DNA of 64,000 bases. It comes from Okamejei kenojei. Lineage: Eukaryota. Shown here in pieces: positions 37,755-48,612 of this stretch (its first letter is position 1; each line of letters starts with the position of its first letter). A program made the position numbers and the translations under genes. The stretch is from contig CM069134.1 of the NCBI GenBank assembly GCA_035221665.1, positions 88,474,001-88,538,000 on the forward strand. The letters are read 5' to 3'. A model generated the notes under the pieces. The model did no database searches, had not been told where the DNA came from, and saw only the letters and a list, made by a program, of their open reading frames with translations.

Positions 37755-40053
37755 CAATATACAATAGACAATAGGTGCAGGAGTAGGCTATTCGGCCCTT
37801 CGAGCCAGCGCCACCATTCACTGTGATCTTAGCTGATCATCCACGATCAGTATCCTGTTCCTGCCTTCACCCCATATCCTGTGATTCCGCTATCTTCAAG
37901 AGCTCTATCTCACTCTCTCTTGAAAGCATTCAGAGAATTGGCCTCCACTGCCTTCTGAGGCAGAGAATTGCACAGATTCACAACTCTCTTGGTGAAAAGG
38001 TTTTTCCTCTTCTCCATTCTAAATGGCCTACTCCTTATTCTTAAACTGTGACCCCTGGTTCTGCACTCCCCCAACATCGAGAACATGTTTCCTGCCTCTA
38101 ACATGTCAAATCCCTTAATAATCTTATATGTTTCAATAAGATCCCCTCTCATCATGGGAATTAACCGAATTAGCACTCCCTGAATAGCAAGAATGTCCTT
38201 CCTCAAATTTGGAGGCCAAAACTGCACACAATACTCCAAGTTTGGTCTCACCAGGGCCTTGTACAATTGCAGAAGGACCTCTTTGCTCCTATACTCAACT
38301 CCTCTTGTTATAAAGGCCAACATGCCATTAGCTTTCTTCACTGCCGGCTGTACCTACATGCTTACTTTCAGTGACACCCAGATCTCGTTGTACTTCCCCT
38401 TTTCCTAACTTGACACAATTCAGATAATAATCTGCCTTCCTGTTTTTCCCACCATAGTGGATAACCTCACATTTATCGACATTGAACTGCGTCTTCCATG
38501 CATCTGCCCACTCACCCAACCTGTCCAAGTCACCCAGCATCCTTATAGCATCCTCCTCACAGTTCATGCTGCCACCCAGCTTTGTGTCATCTGCAAATTT
38601 GCTAATGTTACTATTAATCCCTTCATCTAAATCATTAATGTATATTGTAAATAGCTGCAGTCCCAGCACCGAGCCTTGCGGTACCCCACTAGTCACTGCC
38701 TGCCATTGTGAAAGGGACCCGTTAATCCCTACTCTTAGTTTCCTGTCTGCCAACCAATTTTCTATCCATGTCAGTACCCTACCCCCTATACCATGTATTC
38801 TAATTTTGCCCACTAATCTCTTATGTGGGACCTTATCAATGGCTTTCTGAAAGTCCACGTACACATCATCCACTGGCTCTCCCTTGTCCATTTTCCTAGT
38901 TACAATCTCAGAAAATTCCAGAAGATTAGTCAAGCATGATTTCCCCTTCATAAATCCATGCGGACTTGGACCGATCCTGTTACTGCTATCCAAATGTATT
39001 GCTATTTCATCTTTTATAATTGACTCCAGTANNNNNNNNNNNNNNNNNNNNNNNNNNNNNNNNNNNNNNNNNNNNNNNNNNNNNNNNNNNNNNNNNNNNN
39101 NNNNNNNNNNNNNNNNNNNNNNNNNNNNNNNNNNNNNNNNNNNNNNNNNNNNNNNNNNNNNNNNNNNNNNNNNNNNNNNNNNNNNNNNNNNNNNNNNNNN
39201 NNNNNNNNNNNNNNNNNNNNNNNNNNNNNNNNNNNNNNNNNNNNNNNNNNNNNNNNNNNNNNNNNNNNNNNNNNNNNNNNNNNNNNNNNNNNNNNNNNNN
39301 NNNNNNNNNNNNNNNNNNNNNNNNNNNNNNNNNNNNNNNNNNNNNNNNNNNNNNNNNNNNNNNNNNNNNNNNNNNNNNNNNNNNNNNNNNNNNNNNNNNN
39401 NNNNNNNNNNNNNNNNNNNNNNNNNNNNNNNNNNNNNNNNNNNNNNNNNNNNNNNNNNNNNNNNNNNNNNNNNNNNNNNNNNNNNNNNNNNNNNNNNNNN
39501 NNNACCTAAAGTTGTAGCACAACTTGTTCTATTTGATCTTGTTTGATTGTGCACACCAGGTTCATTGCATTCGTCGAAACAGGGTGGACCACGTGAAGGT
39601 TGCAATCTCCTACCCCACTCCCCACCACCAATGTCAGGCTAACGTCTATAATATCCTGTTTTCTCTCTCCCTCCTTTCTTAAAAAGTGGGATAACATTAG
39701 CTACCCTCCAATCCACAGGAACTGATCCTGAATCTATAGAACATTGGAAAATGATCACTAATGCATTCACAATTTCTAGAGCCACTTCCTTATGTACCCT
39801 GGGATGCAGACCATCGGGCCCTGGGGATTTATCAGCCTTCAGTTCCATCAGTCTACCCAACACCATTTCCTGCCTAATCTGAATTTCCTTCTGTTCCTAG
39901 GTCCTCTGGCCATTAGTGCATCTGGGAGATTGTTTGTGTCTTCCTCAGTTAAGACAGATCCAAAGTACCTGTTCAACTTGTCTGCCATTTCCTCGTTCCT
40001 CATAACAAATTCACCTGGTTCTGTCCTCAAGGGACTCACATTTGTCTTAACTA
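37755..40053 (-). mobile_element. CR1/HER1-like LINE, RT-containing, spans the assembly gap
   Basis: TSD atgtcataga at 37745-37754 and 40054-40063. Motifs [55 protein letters not shown]. Confidence 0.93.
39032..39503. other. Assembly gap (472 N)
   Basis: Run of N. Confidence 1.
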
Positions 40054-40609
40054 ATGTCATAGAGTTGTACAGCACAGAAAGGAGCCCAATGGCCTACTGT
40101 GTCCATGCCAATGTTTTATTTTGCCTATATTGTACATCACTATCATATCTCCTCTCCCGGAGAACAAGCTCATATACTTCAGTCTGGACTTAGCAAATTT
40201 AGAATGTATAACATAGCACAGGAACTGGCCACTCAGCCTTATATTCCCTACATAATCCCATCTATATACATGTGCCCATCTATAACCATCTGAAATGCCA
40301 CAACTGAATCTGCTTTCACTGCCACCTATGGCAGCATATTCCAGACAACCATCATTCTATGTATAAAAATATTGCTTCACGATCACCTTTAACCTTACCA
40401 CCTCTGATTGTAAAGCTATACCCACTAGTCTTTAACATTTCCACCCCTTAAGTAAATAAGCAGACTGTTTACCCTATCCAGGCCTGTTATAATTTAATTA
40501 ACTACAGTCCATCAACACCATCATCCCCTCCAAACTCCTTAATGGGGTTGGCTTGAATAGGTCACTCATCAGCCTTTGAAACCTCTACTGCACTTTCCAA
40601 AACCTCCAC

Positions 40610-40865
40610 ATCAGTGGTGTCCTCAACAAATTTGTCGATGGCATTGGAGCTGTTTCTAGTAACACAGACTTGGATGTAAAGAGAATAGAGTAGACGGCTA
40701 AGCACACGACCTAAGGTGCACCTGCGTTGATAGTCAACGAGGAGGAGACGTTGTTACCAATCCGCACAGACATTGAGGAAGTCAAGGATTGTTGTAAAGT
40801 GAGGTACAAAGGCCCAGGTCTTGGAGCTTGTTAATGAGTTTGGAGGGGATGATAGTGTTGTTGAA
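40610..40865 (-). mobile_element. Rex1/Babar-like RT fragment
   Basis: Reverse complement translates as VRIGNNVSSSLTINAGAP*GRVLSRLLYSLY...NAIDKFVEDTT, a decayed GAPQG..LSPLLY and KFADDTT. Confidence 0.75.
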
Positions 40866-41173
40866 CTGTTGTTGATGAACAGTTTGACATATGCAGTTCT
40901 GTTATCTATTTGGTCCAGAGAAGAGAGGAGAGTTTGTCAAATTGCATCTGTTGTTAACCTGAAATGTGAACTCATTGTACATCACTATCATATCTCCTCT
41001 CCCGGTTAGGCTTTCAGTAAATACAGCCTAACCTGTTTCCAGTATTTTTAAATGTTATTACTCCCTCTCAAGGTGCCTTGCATCTGGGTATATTGTCCCT
41101 GTTGTTCTCCACACCTGCTTGACATTGTTGTGAAGTTATTCAACATAGAAACCTCTGACTGTCCCTCTGAGTG

Positions 41174-41935
41174 TGTAAACTGCTCGTTTCTAAGCTTCCC
41201 CCCAGTCTAGTTTCAGTAAAAACACTGAATCAACACTTGGAACAACTAAATTTTATTTTAACAAAAGTGCGTTACAGTTCAACTACTGTACCTATCCCAA
41301 CGCGGGTTCGATCCTCGTATCTGCCTGTTCAAGCCCTCTAGGCCTCGCTCAGACAGGGACATTCCAGAAGTTAACGCAGTCCCAAGCTCTCTCCCAGAAG
41401 ATCAACTCCGTACCTCGTGGTAGCGGACTTTTATGTGTCCCGGGACCTCAAGGGGCCGAACCACATGGGTGTGGTCTCTTAATAATCCAGATATCGATTA
41501 ACCCCATACATAACAGACATATCTCTAACCCAATAATACAGCAGCTTATACATTGTATTCAAACACGACTTTGTAAGGAAGCCAACTAAGAAACGTTTAC
41601 CCTGATCTGCCAGAAACCCAGACAAGGCTCAATACCTCAACCAATCAACACTCGGCAAAATCAAACTCTGCAACATTATGTACAATTATTTACAAGGTGT
41701 ATATCTGGTTTGCAGCCATTCAATCCATTCTATGCATTTTGCACCTAATTGACAGGGTTTGAAAATGTTATTCTTTGCTTGCAAATTGTATCTAAGCTCT
41801 AGACACACTGGCGCCTCTTAGCAGCTTGCCCCAGCTCTGGAGAGAGCAATTCCAAATTGACCATATCTCCCAGCAGCCCTGAAGCTTTTAACCCATTTTG
41901 AAGTTCTAGCCTCTCCAATTTAGCCAGGATTAACA
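41174..41935 (-). repeat. 3' LTR of the ERV (762 bp)
   Basis: tgtaaactgctcgtttctaag...tagccaggattaaca aligns along its length with 52093-52517 plus 53925-54244. Minus-strand AATAAA at ~41252. Confidence 0.92.
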
Positions 41936-41950
41936 TTCATTCCTTTTTAT
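41936..41950 (-). promoter_or_regulatory. Polypurine tract (PPT) candidate
   Basis: Minus strand reads ATAAAAAGGAATGAA immediately before the TG of the 3' LTR. Confidence 0.6.
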
Positions 41951-43857
41951 CAAATATGATAACACATCATTTATGATAACCAAAATGGCTCAATAATCAG
42001 CTAACCAGATTTAGATAAGTGTGCTGTACATTTCCCATCTATCAGCAACACAAGATGATGATGTCTCTTCCCAGAATCTTGTCAAGCGTCCCGAGTTTTC
42101 ATGGGCATAACTTCACAAGTTCCGTCTGAGGAGTCTTAACCTCCCTAGTTTTCGTGGGCGCGAATTCCCTCCATCCGTGTTGCTGCCCATTCTTCCATCA
42201 CCTTCCACAGTCGAACCTAAAACCTAGAAATTAAACTTGGGACAAGGCAAGTTACCATCATGCACCCATGCTTTCCCACACATTCACAATACTATTCCTA
42301 TTTGAACCTATTATATTACTAGATCCCTATTCCTATTCTGTTCCCTAATATTCTCTTTATTGTTCTAGGATCGACACTAATTAGCCTTCTTCATACTCAC
42401 ACAATGTTATAATATGTATATCTGATGACGAGTAATCAAATACATTTCAGCAGGGTTCAGTCCAGATTTTCCTACAGGCGTGACTCTAATTTAAATCAAA
42501 CCATGATAAATGTTCCAATTTAACTAAATTCCCTCAGCCTTCAATTTACTATTTCAAACTTCGATGCCCATCTCATCCTTCTCATTCCACAGCGTTTTAG
42601 CCTATAATACAACTCCATTACAATTCCTGTGGAATTCCCAGCTGTTCAAATTTAAACAATCAATTTCCTTTGCTATCAATTTTATTCCAAATCCAATCAG
42701 GAATGCCAAATCCAGGGACAATTTCTTTCCACCTTGATAATAGAAACTGCTTTACCATCAAGGGTTAAACAATTCAAATCCATTGGGCAAATATGCATCA
42801 GCTCTGCTATTCTTAATACCTATTCAATTTTCTCCCTACAGTTAACCAAATCTTTCCACCAGTACCTCTTCTTATTTATGCATGCACTCCTCACTATGGT
42901 AATTTGTTACTATGTTGATTCTCTACTATGTTGGTTCTTTACTCTATTAGCTCCTTACTATGTTAGCTCTTTACTATGTTGGCTTTGTTCTCTGTCTAGT
43001 GGTTCTCGCTTTTATTCTATTGGCTTTGTTCTTTGTCAAGGGGTTCTCGCTGGTACTAGTTCTTCTTATCTCTATGTAACTCTTCCAATTGGTTAGTATT
43101 GATCTTCCGAGGGAACTTATACATTTTCAGTCTACCTCATAATTTTATACTACCACCTTACATTTCCAGGGTGTGTCTTAATTCCTGATATCCGCTTGGG
43201 TGTGTCCCTTCCTTGATAGTAACCAAATAGTCCAGTCATATCTTCGACAATCCTCCTATGGGTGAGAAGAAAGAAGAATGCCAAATTAACAGTCATTTCT
43301 CTAACAATTATAAAACTGTATCCCTTAAACCCTTTTTTAAATTAATATACATAACTAAATTTGGCACAAAGTGAGTATTTTGCTTGTTATTCAGATCCAA
43401 TTCTAAAGAGGAGCTATCCCAATAGTCGTTACAAGTTGTCAGTGTTATTTATTTTGAAGATGATTAAAGTGTCCTTTATTCTCCTTCCTTTTCTTTCTCC
43501 AATAGCCAGGTGATATTAAAGTTGGGCACTAGGGTAGGTCCTCTTCTTCTTCCTTTCTGATGGTGGTTTCAGTTACTAGGGAGTGGGGATACTGAGGAGG
43601 ATATTTCTCTGCCTGCTGGCATCCCAAAAGGGGCAGGAAAGTAGCAGTTCCTCCCACTGGTCACCTGTTTCTGGGGAGCTACATTACCTTTTTCTGTCTT
43701 GTTACCGTTCATAAGGGGTCTGTGCATTATTTTACCTCACTCCCCAGATAGTCTCTCGTTGATATACTGTCCTGCAGGCACATACTCAGTAACATATTAA
43801 TTTAATATCCTCTTTCCCCACTCCTATTCCTCCTATACAGTAAGTTTGTTTCTTCTC

Positions 43858-44041
43858 TCCTCTGCCTCAGAGGGTGGTGGAGGCAGATTCTCTGGATGCT
43901 TTCAAGAGAGAGGTAGATAGGGCTCTTAAAAATAGCAGTCAGGGGATATGGGGAGAAGGCAGGAATAGGGTACCGATTGGGAATGATCAGCCATGATCAC
44001 ATTGAATGGCTGTGCTGGCTCGAAGGGTTGAATGGCCTACT
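43858..44041 (+). mobile_element. CR1/HER1 3' fragment inside the ERV
   Basis: tctgcctcagagggtggtggaggcagattctctgg...gatcagccatgatcacattgaatggc...aatggcctact. Confidence 0.85.
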
Positions 44042-44045
44042 ACCA

Positions 44046-45629
44046 GGGTATGGGTTGCTCCTCGACCAGAGGAGCAACCCATACCCGTCCACTGACACCC
44101 TCCTCCGCCCAGCGGAGTTGGTCCTTACCCTCAATAACTTCTCTTTTGACTCCTCCCATTTCCTCCAAACACAAGGCGTAGCTATGGGCACACGCATGGG
44201 CCCCAGCTACACTTGCCCCTTTGTCGGGTATGTCGAACAATCCTTGTTCTCGGCGTACCAGGGCCCCATCCCCGACCTCTACCTCCGTTACATCGACGAC
44301 TGCTTTGGTGTCACCTCCTGCACCCACACACAACTGACTGACTTCATCCATTTCACCTCCATCCGGCACTCAAATACACTTGGACCATTTCCGACATTTC
44401 CCTACCATTCCTTGACCTCACCATCTCTATTGCAGTTGATACACTCCTGACCGACATCCACTACAAACCAACTGACTCCCACAGCTACCTGGACTGCTCT
44501 TCCTCCCACCCTGCTTCCTGTAAGGACTCCATCCCCTATTCCCAATTCCTCCGTCTACGCCGCATCTGCTCCCAGGATGAGGTGTTCCACACCAGGTCAT
44601 CACAAATGTCCTCATTCTTCAGAGAACGGGGATTCCCCTGCCCCACTATAGATGAGGCTCACACCAGGGCCTCCTCCATGCCCCACAACACTGCCCTCTC
44701 TCCCCATTCCCCACTCGCAACAGAGGGTCTCACCTTTCACCCCACCAGGGTTTCACCACCTCCAACGTGACCCCTCCACTCGCCACATCTTCCCATCTCC
44801 CTCCCATCTGCCCTCCACAAAGATCGCTCCCTCCGCAACTCCCTTGTCAATTCTTCCCTTCCCTCCCGCTCTACCCCTTCCCCGGGCACTTTCCCTTGCA
44901 ACCGCAAGAAATGCTAAACTTGTCCCTTCACCTCCCCCCTCCATTCCTTTCAGGGACCCAAGCAGTCCTTCCAGGTCTGACAGAGGTTCACCTGCACCTC
45001 CTGCAACCTCATCTACTGCATCCGCTGCTCCAGATGCCAGATGATCTATATTGGTGAGACCAAGCGGAGGCTTGGCGATCGTTTCGCCGAACACCTCCGC
45101 TCGGTCCGCATTAACCAACCCGACCATCCCGGTGGCTCAGCACTTCAACTCCCCCTCCCATTCCGTATCCAACCTCTCGGTCCTGGGCCTCCTCCACGCC
45201 CAGAGTGAGCAACACCGCAAGTTGAAGGAACAGTACCTCATATTCCGCTTGGGGAGTCTGCATCCTCTGGGCTTGAACATTGAATTTTCTCAATTCTGTT
45301 AACCCTTGCTGTCTCCTTCCCTTCCCACATCTCCCTCAGCCCTCAGGCCCTGGCATTCCTTCTCTCTCTATCTCTCTCCCCCACTCTAGTCGCATTAGCT
45401 TCTCATTTTCACAATACAAACTAGCTTACAATGGCTTGTTCCCTTGATCATCAATACTTTTTTGCATATCTTTCATTCATTGTTCTTTATCTCTCCACAT
45501 CACCATCTATATCTCTCGTTTCCCTGATCCCTGACCAGTCTGAAGAAGGGTCTCGACCGGAACGTCGCCTATCTCTTCGCTCCTTAGATGCTGCTGCACC
45601 CGCTGAGTTCCTCCAGTCTTTTGTGTACC
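44046..45629 (+). mobile_element. Penelope-like element (Neptune-type), 5'-truncated, frameshifted
   Basis: RT motifs NFSF..HFLQTQGVAMGTRMGPSY and LRYIDDCF; KPTDSHSYLD; Cys linker PCNRKKC*TC; GIY-YIG domain NLIYCIRCSRCQMIYIGETKRRLGDRFAEH; tail with ctgaaga...gaacgtc. Confidence 0.92.
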
Positions 45630-46145
45630 CTCACCAGACTGATTCCTAGGATGTCAGGACTTTCATATGAGAAAAGACTGGATAGACTCGGCTTGTACTC
45701 ACTAGAATTTAGAAGATTGAGGGGGGATGTTATAGAAACTTACAAAATTCTTAAGCGGTTGGACAGGCTAGATGCAGGAAGATTGTTCCCGATGTTGGGG
45801 AGGTCCAAAACAAGGGGTCACAGTTTAAGGATAAGGGGGAATTCCTTTAGGACCGAGATGAGGAAAACATTTTTCACAGAGAGTGGTGAGTCTCTGGAAT
45901 TCTCTGCCACAGAAAGTAGTTGAGGCCAGTTCATTGGCTATATTTAAGAGGGAGTTAGATGTGGCCTTTGTGTCTAAAGGAATCAGGGGGTATGGAGAGA
46001 AGGCAGGTACAGGATACTGAGTTGAATGATCAGCCATGATCATATTGAATGGCGGTGCAGGTTCGAAGGTCCGAATGGCCTACTCCTGCACATATTTTCT
46101 ATGTTTCCATGTTTCTATTGTCTATTGTCTATTGCCTATTGTCTA
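45630..46145 (+). mobile_element. CR1/HER1 3' fragment inside the ERV
   Basis: ORF 45588..45923 (RLGLYSLEFRRLRGDVIETYK...TRGHSL) with a (tttctatg)/(ctattgt)n tail. Confidence 0.92.
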
Positions 46146-47817
46146 TAGTGCCATTTGCAATCCGTAGTTGCCATCCCTTCTCATGCTAGCTACTATGTTC
46201 CAGTTTTTATTCTTTATTGCCCCTTGGTTTTTCTTCAATCCTGCTATGTTCTGCCTTCTCGCTGGACACTCCTTGCTCCAGTGACCTGATTGGGTGCAGT
46301 TGAAACATGTTCCTTGATTTACAATCTTCTTTGCTCCAAGGGGTTTTCTGGGGTAGTCGTAAGATAGTTTATAATTTTCTTCCATACGATTTTCAGTTTT
46401 TACTACAATAATACATCCAATTCGTTCATTCTGGTAAATTACTTGAGGGGGTTCTAGAGTATGGGTCATGTCTCCACGCCCACAATTCCAGGGCGGGTTG
46501 GTGAGTCAGGACTGAGAAAATGGGTTAGCTTGAGTAAACGGTGTGTGACTTGTCAGTTCCTGACATTCGGGTCATCTCTCTCTCTGGTTTCTTGGGTCCC
46601 AGTAGTCTCAAGAATTAAAAGACCTCCCATAATTCCTTGGATTTCGGATGTGTCTATATTCTCTAGGATTTCTAAATTCTTCATAATCCTGGAAATCCCT
46701 TCTTTGACCCCTCTCTTTCATTCTTTCCTTTGTTGGACAGGCCCAACTCCAATGTCCCATTGATTATGTAACATTGCTGGTCTTATGTAGAATACCCTGG
46801 GTTCCAGTGGAATGGGCTTGAAATTGGGAGTGTAGTGGTGATAGCAATCAGAATAATCTGGGACCCTAATTTCTCCCAATCCATAATTTCCTGGTACTCT
46901 GAGAATCCATGGTTTAGAGTTAGATTTTGGTCAATCTTCCTTCTCTGTGCATTCACTTTCTCTCCTAGTTACAGAATCATTTTCCTGGTTCCTATTTTCC
47001 TTCCAATAATATCTCACAGCTCTGGCTATCTGACTGGCTCGGTTTTCAGACCAGTCACTATTATCATTTTTAATTAACTCCATTACTTTAGTGGGGAGAC
47101 AATTCAATAGGATGGCACAATATTGACAGGAACTTGCTCCATTCTGATAATCTAAATCACCTGATTGGTCCATATATAATTTTGAAAAACTGTCTAGAAA
47201 TTTGTCTTCTCCTTCACCCTTCTCTGGTTTTATTTACAGAACTCGAGTGAAATCGCCTGGTTTCTGAAATGTTTTTGCAAGGGCCGGTAAAACAGCCTCT
47301 TCTCTTGCACTGTCATAAATTACTGCGTTTGCCAATATTTCATAAGTCGGGTGTCCTAGGGCTACTAGAAATTTGGTATTCTTAGCTGAAGTAATTACTT
47401 GTTGTATGGTCTCCAACAAATCCCGGGAATCTGCATGATATACACACATTGTGATTTGCAAATCTATATTACTAAAAGTCTGTACTTGACCACTTCCTGT
47501 TGTTCTGTATATTGATTTTAGAAAAAACGCTGCCACTTATGGTTGTGATTTATGGCCATCTTACTAAGGACAAGAGGATTTTTCCCATCGATGAAAAATA
47601 AAAGAGTTATCAGTGTTTAGAAAATGTTGAGATTCTCTCTCCTGAAGGCCACAAACCTTCCGGAGGGACTATAAAACCTGGAAGTGTTGAGTGCCTCCGT
47701 CAGTCAAGATGGGGGAGTGAGAGTGTCACGTCTCTCAGACTGAGCTGTGAACAACACTGCACACATGTCTACTAAACTGTGAGTGTGGTTTTACTGATCT
47801 TGAGTGCCCTTAATGTG

Positions 47818-48125
47818 GTTTGAAAATGAAAATGTGGTTGGTTTGAAATAAAGCACTGCAAATGGTGGTTGGTTTGAAATAAAGCACAGAAAATGATTGT
47901 TGGGGTGGTTGGTTTAAAACAAAGCACTACAAATGGTTGTTGGTGGTGGTTGGTTTGAAATCACAAAACTGAAAATGGTTGTTGGTTTGAAATAAAGCAC
48001 TGCAAATGGGTGGTGGTTGGTTTGATATAAAGCACTGCAAATGGGTGGTGGTTGGTTTGAAATAAAGCACTGGAAATGGGTGGTGGTTGGTTTGATATAA
48101 GGCACTGCAAATGGGTGGTGGTGGT
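47818..48125. repeat. ~30-35-bp minisatellite inside the Helitron
   Basis: Repeats of aaatgggtggtggttggtttgaaataaagcactgc. Confidence 0.9.
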
Positions 48126-48352
48126 GCAATGAAAAATTAAGATGTTGAGAATCTCTCTCCTGTCAATCATGCCATGAAGGCCACTTCTGGTGGGATGTGG
48201 AGGGATTATAAAACCTGGAAGTGTAGGTGTGGCTGAGTCTCTACAAGATGGGGGAGGGAGGGGTCACGACTGTCTGAGCTGTGAATGAACTGAACTGTGA
48301 GTGTGGTGTTTATGTGGTGTTTTGTGTGGTTTTTTGGTGGTTCTATGGTGAT

Positions 48353-48612
48353 TTCACCCTGCTTGAAATGGTATGAAACTGCATTTGAATGTGGTGGCCT
48401 TGCACCCTGCATGAAATGGTATGAAACTGCATTTGAATTTGGTGGTCTTACACCATGCTTGCAATGGTATGAAACTGCACTTGAATTTGGTGGCCTTGCA
48501 CCCTGCTTGAAGTAGAACGAAACTGCACTGGAATTTGGTGGCCTTGTACCCTGCTTGAGTTAGTACGAAACTGCACTTGAATTCGGTAGCCTTGCACCCT
48601 GCTTGAAATGGA
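48353..48612. repeat. ~48-bp minisatellite inside the Helitron
   Basis: About 5 copies of tggtatgaaactgcatttgaatttggtggccttgcaccctgcttgaaa. Confidence 0.9.

Noticed and set aside
38328-39605. 425-aa ORF and other long ORFs crossing 39032-39503
   Set aside because: Their length comes from the N gap; the real part is CR1 reverse transcriptase.
43380-43560. Possible retroviral protease remnant downstream of gag
   Set aside because: No convincing DTGA/DSGA motif in any minus-strand frame by eye.
47818-48612. Regularly spaced repeats resembling a CRISPR array
   Set aside because: Head-to-tail minisatellites without unique spacers, inside a Helitron in vertebrate DNA; no cas genes.
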